Assembly: GCA_963720545.1 (NCBI GenBank)
Contig: OY970399.1
Coordinates: 1,248,001-1,312,000, forward strand
DNA from: an uncultured Acidobacteriota bacterium
GTDB taxonomy: Bacteria > Acidobacteriota > Vicinamibacteria > Fen-336
Direction of reading: 5' to 3'
DNA length: 64,000 bases
The number at the start of each line of letters is the position of its first letter. Within the stretch, counting starts at the first letter, position 1. A program made the translations under genes and the position numbers. Shown here in pieces: positions 30,519-38,764 of the stretch. The notes beneath the pieces were generated by a model. That model had not been told where the DNA came from. It saw only the letters and a program-made list of their open reading frames with translations, and did not search any database.

Positions 30519-32813
30519 ATGGAAGTACTCGGGATCCTGTTCGGCGTCGGGCTCATTCTCGGCATTCCGCTTCTCGGTCTTGTCGGGTTCATCCGCAGCT
30601 TCTCGCTCAGCCGCCGGATCGAGGCACTCGAGGCTGCGGCCCGCGCCGAAGGCCGGCTGGTGGGTTCCGCAACCGGGGTGCCGCCGCCAGCGCATGCGCC
30701 AGCGCCGCCCGTCGTTTCCACTGCCTCCACCCCGCTCGAAGCGCAGCCGGTGCGGCGCGTGTCCTCGCAGGTGCCGACGACCGTCGGAGTGCCGACGGAG
30801 AAGATCCCGGAACCGCCGCCGACCGAGCGCATCGGCGAGCCGCCGCCGACCGACCGGCTTCCCGGCGCGCCGCCAACGGACAAGCTGCCGGAGCCGCCCG
30901 AGACCTCGAAGGTGCTCGAGCCCATCGGCCGGCCGCCGGTCGCCGACATCGCGACGAACCTCGGGCCGAAGATCATGGCCGGGGTGGCCGCCATCTTCGT
31001 GGTGACGGCACTCGCCTTCTTCGTGAAGTACGCCTGGGACAACAACTGGGTCGGCCCCGCCGGCCGCGTCCTGGGCAGCGCGCTCTTCAGCCTCATGGTG
31101 TTCGCGATCGGCATGAAGGCACTGGGCCGCGAGTACCGGCCGCTGGGCCAGGCGCTGATGGCCACCGGCCTCGCCGGGCTGTACGTGGTCGCTTACGCGG
31201 CGCACGGCGTCTATCAGCTCATTCCGGCAACGCCAGCTTTCGGCCTGATGGTGGCCGTGACCGCAGCCGCGGTGCTGCTCGCGATTCGGCTCGACGCGCG
31301 CCTGCTGGCCGCGCTCGCGTGGATCGGCGCGTACCTCGCGCCCGTGCTCATCTCCACCGGCGAGGATCGCGCCGAGTCGCTCTTCGCGTACCTCGCACTG
31401 CTCGCGGCGGGTGCGCTCGTCGTCGACCGGCGGCGCGAGTGGCCGGAAACCCTGGTGCTGGCGCAGGCGGGCACGTGGATCCTCTACGGCGGCTGGTTCA
31501 CGACCTTCGCGAAGGGGCCGCGCTTCACGGTCGCCGCCGCCGGCCTGCTGCTGTTCACCGCGCTCTTCGCGCTCGGCCCGCGCAGGACCAACTGGCCCTC
31601 GACGCTCGCGGCGCTGCTCATCGGCTCTGTCTGGATGCTCGGCGCCTTCGCGCAGGATGCCGTGGTCGTCGGCGTCGCGCTTCTCGGACTGGGTGCCATC
31701 GGCGCGCTTGCGATCGAACGCTTCGCCGGCTCGACGCTCGTGACGCTGGTGATCGGATGGGCGGCCGCCTTCTCGTGGTTCTCGGAAGCGGGACACACCG
31801 AGGCGCTCGTCGTCCGTCTCGCAGCGACCGTGTTCGTGTTCTACCTGGCCGTGCTCATCGTGCGCGGCAAGCGCATGCAGGAAGGCACCGGTGGCCTTGG
31901 CGCGACCGCGGGCCACGTGTTGAATGCGGCGGCCTTCTGGCTGGCGCTCTTCGGCCAGTGGTATCCGGCGCAGTTGTGGCCCCTCACTTTCGCATCCGTC
32001 GGCCTCGCGGCCATCTACCTGATGCTCGGGCGTCTCGCGCCCGCGAAGTCGGCGGAGATGCGCACGCTCGTCGGCCTGGGGGCCGCCTTCCTCACCGCGG
32101 CGATTCCCATTCGCCTCGGGCTCAACGGCATCACGGTCGCGTGGGCGGTGGAGGGCGTGCTGCTGCTGTGGCTGGGCCTGCGCAACAAGTCGATCCTCAC
32201 GCGCTTCGGCGGCTACGCGGTCCTCCTTCTGGCACTCGGCCGCCTGTTCAGCCGCCACCTCCCCATCCATCCGTGGGACCAGGGATTCACGCCGGTCATC
32301 AACGCGAGCTTCGGCGTGTGGATGTTCACCGCGCTCTGCTTCGGCGCGGCGTACCGCGTGGTGCGCGGCATCGAGGAAGACAACCGCCGGCTGCTCGCCC
32401 GCTGGCTGCTGGCCGCCGCCGCGGTGCTGGTGCTGTTCGTCGCGATGACCGCCGAGACCAGCAGCTTCTTCGGCCTGCAACAGCGGCTCGCGATGGCGGC
32501 GCAGGACCAGGACGGCGCACGGCGCGCGGCGCTCCTCGGCGGCCTCTCGATCTCGCTGCTGTGGAGCGCCTTCGCATCGGCGCTGCTCGTCGCCGGGCTG
32601 TCGTTCCGCAGCCGCGCGGTGTTCTATTCCGCTTACGGCTTGTTCGCCGTCACCGCCGCCAAGGTGGTGCTCATCGACCTGTCCGACCTGCAGACCCTGT
32701 ACCGCATCCTTTCCTTCCTCGCGCTTGGCGTACTCTTGATGGTGGGCGCGTTCCTCATCATGCGCTTCCGCCATCGTCTCGATCCGCCGGCACCAACCGA
32801 GGGAACCACTTGA
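30519..32813 (+). CDS. DUF2339 family integral membrane protein
   Basis: Pro-rich N-terminal linker, FFVKYAWDNNWVGPAGR, many TMs, KVVLIDLSDLQTLYRILSFLALG. Confidence 0.85.
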   Translation: MEVLGILFGVGLILGIPLLGLVGFIRSFSLSRRIEALEAAARAEGRLVGSATGVPPPAHAPAPPVVSTASTPLEAQPVRRVSSQVPTTVGVPTEKIPEPPPTERIGEPPPTDRLPGAPPTDKLPEPPETSKVLEPIGRPPVADIATNLGPKIMAGVAAIFVVTALAFFVKYAWDNNWVGPAGRVLGSALFSLMVFAIGMKALGREYRPLGQALMATGLAGLYVVAYAAHGVYQLIPATPAFGLMVAVTAAAVLLAIRLDARLLAALAWIGAYLAPVLISTGEDRAESLFAYLALLAAGALVVDRRREWPETLVLAQAGTWILYGGWFTTFAKGPRFTVAAAGLLLFTALFALGPRRTNWPSTLAALLIGSVWMLGAFAQDAVVVGVALLGLGAIGALAIERFAGSTLVTLVIGWAAAFSWFSEAGHTEALVVRLAATVFVFYLAVLIVRGKRMQEGTGGLGATAGHVLNAAAFWLALFGQWYPAQLWPLTFASVGLAAIYLMLGRLAPAKSAEMRTLVGLGAAFLTAAIPIRLGLNGITVAWAVEGVLLLWLGLRNKSILTRFGGYAVLLLALGRLFSRHLPIHPWDQGFTPVINASFGVWMFTALCFGAAYRVVRGIEEDNRRLLARWLLAAAAVLVLFVAMTAETSSFFGLQQRLAMAAQDQDGARRAALLGGLSISLLWSAFASALLVAGLSFRSRAVFYSAYGLFAVTAAKVVLIDLSDLQTLYRILSFLALGVLLMVGAFLIMRFRHRLDPPAPTEGTT
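30800..30902 (+). repeat. 27-bp (9-aa) Pro-rich tandem repeat inside DUF2339 gene
   Basis: EKIPEPPPT-ERIGEPPPT-DRLPGAPPT-DKLPEPPET. Confidence 0.65.
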
Positions 32814-34021
32814 TCTTGCTCCTCGGCGGTCTGCTCGCCGCCGCCGCTTCCATTCACCCTGCGCTCAGCTATCGCCGTTCCATCGAAGTGCTGGCGCCGG
32901 GCCGCGCCAGCGCCGTGCTGGACGCGCAGGTCTACGAGCGCGCGCGTCCCGACCTCGCCGACCTGCGTGTGGAGGACGACAAGGGCGCGATGGTGCCGTT
33001 CGTGCTGGTGCGCGGCTTCGACGACAGCGCCCGCACGGTGCCGGCGAAGGTTCTCAACCGTACCTACGTGCGCAAGAAGTCGCTCACCGCCACGCTCGAC
33101 TTCGGCCAGAGCCTGCTGAAGCGTTCCCTCTACGTCGGCACCGAGGGCGACAGCTTCCGCCGCCGCGTCACCGTCGAGGGCAGCGACGACGGCGCTCGCT
33201 GGGAGACGCTCGTCGCCGGCGCCTACATCTTCGCGGTGCCAGGCGTGGACGGCGCGCGCTACGAGACGGTGCCGCTGCCCGAGAACGACTTCCAGAAGCT
33301 GCGCGTCACGATCGAGAACGACCGCGACGACCCGCCGGTGCTGGTGCTGCGCGACGCTTCGGTGGAATCGGGGCACAAGCCGCGCGAACGGCGGCTCACC
33401 TCCACCTTCCGCACCGAACGCGACGCCGAGAAGAAGGAGACGCACCTCTACGTGGACCTCGGCGGCGACGGCCAGCCGTTCTTCGCGATCGACCTCGACA
33501 TCGGCTCGCCGCGTTTCTTCCGCACCGCCACCGTCGACGCGTTCGGCGGCAAGGACGACAACGACTCGGTGTGGCGCGCGCTCGTCGACTGCGGGCTCTA
33601 CCGCTACCAGGACGGCGCCAGGCTGCACGACTCGACTCGCCTCGTCGCCTCCGGCGCCGCGCGGCGGCTGCGGGTGCGGATCCGCGATGGCGACGACGCG
33701 CCGCTCGACGTCCGCGGCGTGCAGGTGCTGGGGCCGGAGGACCGCGTCGCCTTCGAGGCCGCCTCCGGCAGGCGCTACGTGCTGAGTTACGGCTTTCCCG
33801 ACCGCGAGCAGGCGTCGTTCGACCTGGCCCGCACGGTCGTCGATCCGGCCGCGTGGGCGGCATCGGCCGCTACCGCGGCGCTCGGTGACGAGACGTTCCG
33901 CGACGAGACCGGGCGGCGGCCTTGGACCGAACGCTACCCTGCGCTGCTGTGGGCCGGCCTGGTGCTGGCGGTTGCGGCGCTCGGCGCGCTCACCTACGGA
34001 GCGCTGCGCCGCGCCAGCTAG
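32810..34021 (+). CDS. DUF3999-like exported protein with C-terminal membrane anchor
   Basis: TTG start overlapping the DUF2339 stop; ARPDLADLRV...VPF, FRRRVTVEGSDDG..W, IRDGDDAPL, YVLSYG, C-terminal LLWAGLVLAVAALG. Confidence 0.75.
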   Translation: MILLLGGLLAAAASIHPALSYRRSIEVLAPGRASAVLDAQVYERARPDLADLRVEDDKGAMVPFVLVRGFDDSARTVPAKVLNRTYVRKKSLTATLDFGQSLLKRSLYVGTEGDSFRRRVTVEGSDDGARWETLVAGAYIFAVPGVDGARYETVPLPENDFQKLRVTIENDRDDPPVLVLRDASVESGHKPRERRLTSTFRTERDAEKKETHLYVDLGGDGQPFFAIDLDIGSPRFFRTATVDAFGGKDDNDSVWRALVDCGLYRYQDGARLHDSTRLVASGAARRLRVRIRDGDDAPLDVRGVQVLGPEDRVAFEAASGRRYVLSYGFPDREQASFDLARTVVDPAAWAASAATAALGDETFRDETGRRPWTERYPALLWAGLVLAVAALGALTYGALRRAS

Positions 34022-35532
34022 TTGTAGTGCTTGAGCAGCGGCCACACCTGCGCCACGGGCGCACGCAGGCCGCGGCAGATGAACACCGGCCGGTTGTTCT
34101 CGTACGGCATGCACAGGCCGCAGTTCGTGGCGCCGGCTGGTTCGACGGACTCGAAGCGCTGCTTCAGCCGTTCCTCCGAGCTGCCGATGATGACGGCGAC
34201 CTTGCCGTCCCAGCCGCGCGGTCCCCAGAGCCAGTAGTTGTTGTGGCCGCTGACGACGAGCGGCAGCGAGCGGCCACGGCCCAGCAGCTCGATCGCCCCC
34301 GCCACACCGTAGTCGGGCGCGATGATGCGCGCCGCCGAAATCTCCGCGGGTGACAGGCGGCCGCAGGCAGCCGCGACGGTGTCCACGATCGACTGCCAGC
34401 CATGCATGTCGGCATAGAACTGGCCGAGCTGCCCCATCTCGTGCTTCTCTTCGGTGGACGGCGCCTGGCCGAGGGCGCGCGCGTAGGCAATGTACTTGCC
34501 GATCGGCAGCACCGGCAGCGCGAGCGGTGCTATCGCAGCGCCGCCGGCAAGCATGAGCGCGGCAAACGCCGGCAACAGCCAGGCTGCACGCGGCTTCGAC
34601 AACCACGACTCAAGAGCGACGCCGCCCGCGGCGAACAGCCAGGTATATGCAGGCGACAAATAATTCGAACGGCTTGACCCGCTCCCAACAAGGATTGCGA
34701 ACACCGTGACATATGCCCATCCGAGCGCGGCCGTACCGCGGCCGTCGCGCCGCAGGAGCAGCCACACGAGGCCCGCAGCCCACAACGGCAGCGTGAGCGG
34801 ATGCATGCTCGTCACCTGCCCCACGAGGAAGTCGAGGGGCGCGACAGCCTGCATCTTTTCGCTCGTGGCATTGCGTATGAACTCGCGCGTCGGCCAGCCG
34901 TTCGCAGTTTCCCAGAGGACGTAGGGCGAGAAGATCACGGCCGCGATGACACCGGCGAGCCACGGCCCCGCGCTGAGCAGCATGCGGCGCAGCGGCGTGA
35001 GGAAGATGCCGGCGAAGAGCCCGGCGCCGAACCACAGCACGCCGATCTTGTTGAGCAGACCCAGGCCCAGCACCGCCCCGAGCGCAGCCCACCAGCCAAG
35101 GGTGCGCCGTTCGATCAACTTGAGGAACGTGTATGCGCCGAGCGCCCAGAAGAGGACGTCGAACGCATTCATCGAATAGAAGTGGTCGAGCGCCAGGAAC
35201 ACGGGGGCAACGAGCGCGGCGGTCATCGCCAGCACCAGCGCCCACGTCCTGCCTCCAAGCTGGCGCGCCATCATCCCGACCAGCGCAACGGTGGCAGCGC
35301 CGGCGAGCGCCGGCGCCAGCCGGATCGCAAACAGCGAATCGCCGAGCACGGCGCGCACCGCCCACAGGATGAAAACGCTGAGAGGCGGATGGTCGACGTA
35401 GCCCGCCGCCAGCCGGTCGGCGCACGCCAGGTAATAGAACTCGTCGCGGAAGTAACCGTAGCCCTGGACCGCGGCAAGCTGCACGGCGAGCTTCGCCAGG
35501 GCGAAGAGGGCAATCAAAGTGCGGGGCTTCAC
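34018..35532 (-). CDS. Membrane glycosyltransferase, family 39 (ArnT/PMT-like)
   Basis: GYFRDEFYYLAC...GYVDHPPL, many TMs, LGLLNK, DYGVAGAI, SGHNNYWLWG. Confidence 0.88.
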   Translation of the reverse strand: MKPRTLIALFALAKLAVQLAAVQGYGYFRDEFYYLACADRLAAGYVDHPPLSVFILWAVRAVLGDSLFAIRLAPALAGAATVALVGMMARQLGGRTWALVLAMTAALVAPVFLALDHFYSMNAFDVLFWALGAYTFLKLIERRTLGWWAALGAVLGLGLLNKIGVLWFGAGLFAGIFLTPLRRMLLSAGPWLAGVIAAVIFSPYVLWETANGWPTREFIRNATSEKMQAVAPLDFLVGQVTSMHPLTLPLWAAGLVWLLLRRDGRGTAALGWAYVTVFAILVGSGSSRSNYLSPAYTWLFAAGGVALESWLSKPRAAWLLPAFAALMLAGGAAIAPLALPVLPIGKYIAYARALGQAPSTEEKHEMGQLGQFYADMHGWQSIVDTVAAACGRLSPAEISAARIIAPDYGVAGAIELLGRGRSLPLVVSGHNNYWLWGPRGWDGKVAVIIGSSEERLKQRFESVEPAGATNCGLCMPYENNRPVFICRGLRAPVAQVWPLLKHYN

Positions 35533-35590
35533 GGGGAGACTCTAACCGGGGTGGGAACGGACACAGCAGATCGCGGCCGCCTGGGTACGG

Positions 35591-35627
35591 CAAAACGGAA
35601 AGGGGACGCCGCTTGTGCGGCGTCCCC
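35591..35627 (-). terminator. Rho-independent terminator after second TonB-dependent receptor
   Basis: GGGGACGCCGC-N4-GCGGCGTCCCC (35602-35627) followed by TTTCCGTTTT on the minus strand. Confidence 0.8.
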
Positions 35628-35671
35628 CGATAGCTACTAAGTACTCGCAGTCCTTCGGACTGCTCGAGCGT

Positions 35672-38548
35672 TTAAAAACGGAACCCGAGCGAGAAGCGGA
35701 TGGTGCGGGCGATCGGATAGGAATTGTTGCCGGTCGCCTGGCCAAAGGTGGAGCGGCGGATGAACTGCGTGGGCAGCCCCAACTCGTCGACGGGTCCTGC
35801 CGTGTCCGGGAGGATACGCTTGTCGAAGCCGTTGATGCCGGCGCCAAGAGTCTGGTTGTTGAACAGGTTGCGCACGTCGAACTTCACGTACGGCGACAGG
35901 CGCTTGTAGATCGGCACGTCGTAGGTGAGCGCCAGGCCGAAGATGTGCGACGCAGCGAAGAAGTTCTCGCCGCGGCCGCCGAAGTAAAGGGTCTGGGTGC
36001 CGGGCAGTGCAGCATAGGCTGCGCCGCGAGCGATCTGTTCGTCGGACAACGAGAAGTTTTCAAGTGTCAGGCTGTAGCTGAGCGGCGAGTCATAGAAGTA
36101 CGAAACCCCCGCAGACAACTGCCCCACCTTGCCGAGGTGCAGGTTGTAGTAGGTGAAGGCCGAGATCTTGTCCTTCTGGTAGCCGGTCAGGTTGCCGATC
36201 GGGAAGTTGCGCTCGGGCGAGAATATTTCCGGATAATCGCCGAGCGTAGAAGAGATCCCGGGCGTGTTGGCGCCTTCACCCGCGAAGTTGCCCTCGTTCT
36301 TGAACTGGTGCGTCCAGTTGGCTTCGAAGCTCCAGTCAGTCGTGAAGTGGTAACCGAACTGGGCCTGGAGCGCCTGGTACTTGCGTTCCGGAAGGTCGCT
36401 GTTGCGAAACACGCGGACTGGCAGCGTGATCGTGCCATCGCAGCCGATGCATTGCGTCGGGATGGTGGTGTCGATCGTGCCGTTGTCGAGGGTCGTGAAA
36501 TCCTCGACGAACTTGGTGACGTTGCGGGTTGAGTAGAGCAACTGACCGAAGCCCTTGTTGCCGCCGAAATTGCCGGCCACACCGAATGCCCATTCGTTGG
36601 TCACGGGCGAGGAAAGGTTTGGCTCGAAAGACACGTTGGCATCTGGCAGTTGCGCGTTCAGGAACACGTAGTTGTTGGTGTCGAGACCGGGCGCGAAATC
36701 GCGGCCAGTGCCTGCCGGGCCAACATAGAAGCCGTAGACCAGACTGGGGTTGCCGACGCGGGTGTTGTTGCCGAACTGGGCGCCGCTGTACTTGCCCGCG
36801 TATCGTGCATAAGAGCCCTTCAGGACCAGTGCGCCGTTGCCCTTCACGTCGAACGCCGCGCCGAGGCGCGGCACGATAGTGTCGGTGTCGACGCCCAGGA
36901 TCCCGCCGGTGGCTTCGCTGCGGACGCGCTCGTATCGCACGCCGGCGTTGAACGTCCAGTGGCTGCCGGCACTGACCTTGTCGTTCAGGAAGAACGAATT
37001 GGTGGTCAGGTCGAGGCGAGCGCCGGGAGCCGCAATCCAGTTCAGGAACAGGTTGGTTCCCGGCTCCCAGACCGGCACGAGATCGCCGCTCGGCCCGGTG
37101 ATGTAGTCGGCGTAGTAGACAAAGCCCGTCGAGGACTGCGTGTTGCCGCCGATGCCCGTCGTGCGGAAGTTCTCAAAGCCGCCCTTGATGTCGTGGCGTC
37201 CGAGTCCCTCCGTGGTGAGAAAGTACGACGCACTGGCCGTGAGTTGACGGTTGCTGCGCGTTTCTGGATCGACGTTGAATCCGAAATAAGGCGCGTTGTA
37301 GTGGTCGCCGTTGAACGTGAAAAACGGCGAGTCCTCGCGGTTCAGGCTCGAGCCGCCGCCCTCCTGAAAGATGAGTTTCTGCTGCGAGTATTGGGCCTCG
37401 ACGAAGAAGTTGGAGCTGAGCGTGCCCTGGTAGGTGCCTACAAACAGATGGTTGGGCGTGTAGCTCTCGTTGACCGTCCGCGGGTCGATGCTGAAATCGA
37501 AGGTCGGGGATACATCGGTCGTATTGTTGAGCGTGTACTGCCCGCTGAGATGGTGATTCTGGTTCGGGCTCGCGGTCAGCTTCGCCTCGAGGCGCTTGTT
37601 GTCGTTGGTGTCGGTGTGCGGCAGACCGGTGAAGTCGAAGGTGTTCTGTTCGCTGGTGTTCTGCTTGCGTCCCGCAAGGGCGAACGTCAACTTGTCCTTG
37701 ATGATGGGCCCGCGCAGCGTCGCTGAGTAGATCTTGCTGAGCGCGCTCTTGCGGTCGATGTCGTTTTCGACCTCGAACGGCGTGCGCTTGGTCCAGCTCG
37801 GGTTGCTGAGGTCGGTGCGGAACGAACCCTGGTACTCGTTGGTCCCGCTCTTTGTGAGCGTGTTGATGATGCCGCCGGAGAACCGGCCATACTCCGCCGA
37901 AATGCCCGACGTCAGCACCTGCACCTGGTCGATCGCGTCCTCGATGTAGGTGTTGTTCGCCGTGCCGAAGAGGTTGTCGTTGATGTCTACGCCGTCGAGC
38001 AGAAAGACGTTGTCGTAGGCAAAGGAGCCGGAGATCGTCAACTGGCCGGTGTTCGGCGTGTTGGTGGTGAGGCCAGGTGCTAGGTCGGCGATGTCCACGA
38101 GACGGCGGCCAGTGGCAAGCTGGTCGACCTTCTTGTAGACGAGGGTTTCGCCGCCGCTGGTCGACTCGACGATGGCTGATGCGGCGTCGGCGGTGACAGT
38201 CACCGTTTCCTCGAGGCCGCTAACGGAGAGCGAAGCGTTGACGGTCTGGCTTTCTCCGATGGTGACGTTCGCGTCCTTCTGGAATGTCTGGAACCCGGAT
38301 ATCTCGAAGCTGAGCTTGTAAGCGCCGGGCGGAAGGCCGCGGAGGATATATGCGCCATTGGTGTCTGAGACGGTGGAGCGCGGGCCGACGAGCGCGGTCG
38401 AGCGCGCGGTTACCGTGGCGCCCGGGAGCGTGGCGCCATCTGTTGAGGTGACCGTGCCCGTGAGGACGCCGGTCTGGGTGCCCTGGGCGTATCCCCAGGT
38501 TGCCGACAGCACCAGTGCTGCGAGCGCCACTGGAACCCTTAGTTTCAT
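35672..38548 (-). CDS. Oar-type TonB-dependent receptor
   Basis: Signal peptide, LTGTVTSTDGATLPGATV, SAEYGRFSGG..N..TKSGTN, NAGVRYE, PRLGAAFD, C-terminal FSLGFRF. Confidence 0.92.
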   Translation of the reverse strand: MKLRVPVALAALVLSATWGYAQGTQTGVLTGTVTSTDGATLPGATVTARSTALVGPRSTVSDTNGAYILRGLPPGAYKLSFEISGFQTFQKDANVTIGESQTVNASLSVSGLEETVTVTADAASAIVESTSGGETLVYKKVDQLATGRRLVDIADLAPGLTTNTPNTGQLTISGSFAYDNVFLLDGVDINDNLFGTANNTYIEDAIDQVQVLTSGISAEYGRFSGGIINTLTKSGTNEYQGSFRTDLSNPSWTKRTPFEVENDIDRKSALSKIYSATLRGPIIKDKLTFALAGRKQNTSEQNTFDFTGLPHTDTNDNKRLEAKLTASPNQNHHLSGQYTLNNTTDVSPTFDFSIDPRTVNESYTPNHLFVGTYQGTLSSNFFVEAQYSQQKLIFQEGGGSSLNREDSPFFTFNGDHYNAPYFGFNVDPETRSNRQLTASASYFLTTEGLGRHDIKGGFENFRTTGIGGNTQSSTGFVYYADYITGPSGDLVPVWEPGTNLFLNWIAAPGARLDLTTNSFFLNDKVSAGSHWTFNAGVRYERVRSEATGGILGVDTDTIVPRLGAAFDVKGNGALVLKGSYARYAGKYSGAQFGNNTRVGNPSLVYGFYVGPAGTGRDFAPGLDTNNYVFLNAQLPDANVSFEPNLSSPVTNEWAFGVAGNFGGNKGFGQLLYSTRNVTKFVEDFTTLDNGTIDTTIPTQCIGCDGTITLPVRVFRNSDLPERKYQALQAQFGYHFTTDWSFEANWTHQFKNEGNFAGEGANTPGISSTLGDYPEIFSPERNFPIGNLTGYQKDKISAFTYYNLHLGKVGQLSAGVSYFYDSPLSYSLTLENFSLSDEQIARGAAYAALPGTQTLYFGGRGENFFAASHIFGLALTYDVPIYKRLSPYVKFDVRNLFNNQTLGAGINGFDKRILPDTAGPVDELGLPTQFIRRSTFGQATGNNSYPIARTIRFSLGFRF

Positions 38549-38612
38549 GTCTCTCTCTTTCTCTCTTCGCGCAAACGACCGCATGAGTCTTCGGTTATGC
38601 GTTTAAAGAGTG

Positions 38613-38628
38613 GCAAGAGACACGCCAG
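38613..38628 (-). promoter_or_regulatory. Putative sigma54 (-24/-12) promoter
   Basis: Minus strand CTGGCGTGTCTCTTGC has exact GG-N10-GC spacing, about 65 nt upstream of the receptor start; AT-rich tract at 38686-38720 further upstream. Confidence 0.55.
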
Positions 38629-38764
38629 ATTCCTGAAGCTGGCGAGCATCGTCGGACAGCGGCTGGAAAGCGCTCAGTAGCGGTGTTTTACGTTCTTTTA
38701 TTGTTGTACTAATTCAAGAAGTCGTCGCGTTTCATCGATATGGAGCGCTGATTTTGTACCGGGC

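Noticed and set aside
30263..32809. N-terminal 850 aa of the 1252-aa ORF 30263-34021
   Set aside because: Arg/Ala-rich off-frame read of the DUF2339 gene; the real protein starts near TTG 32810.
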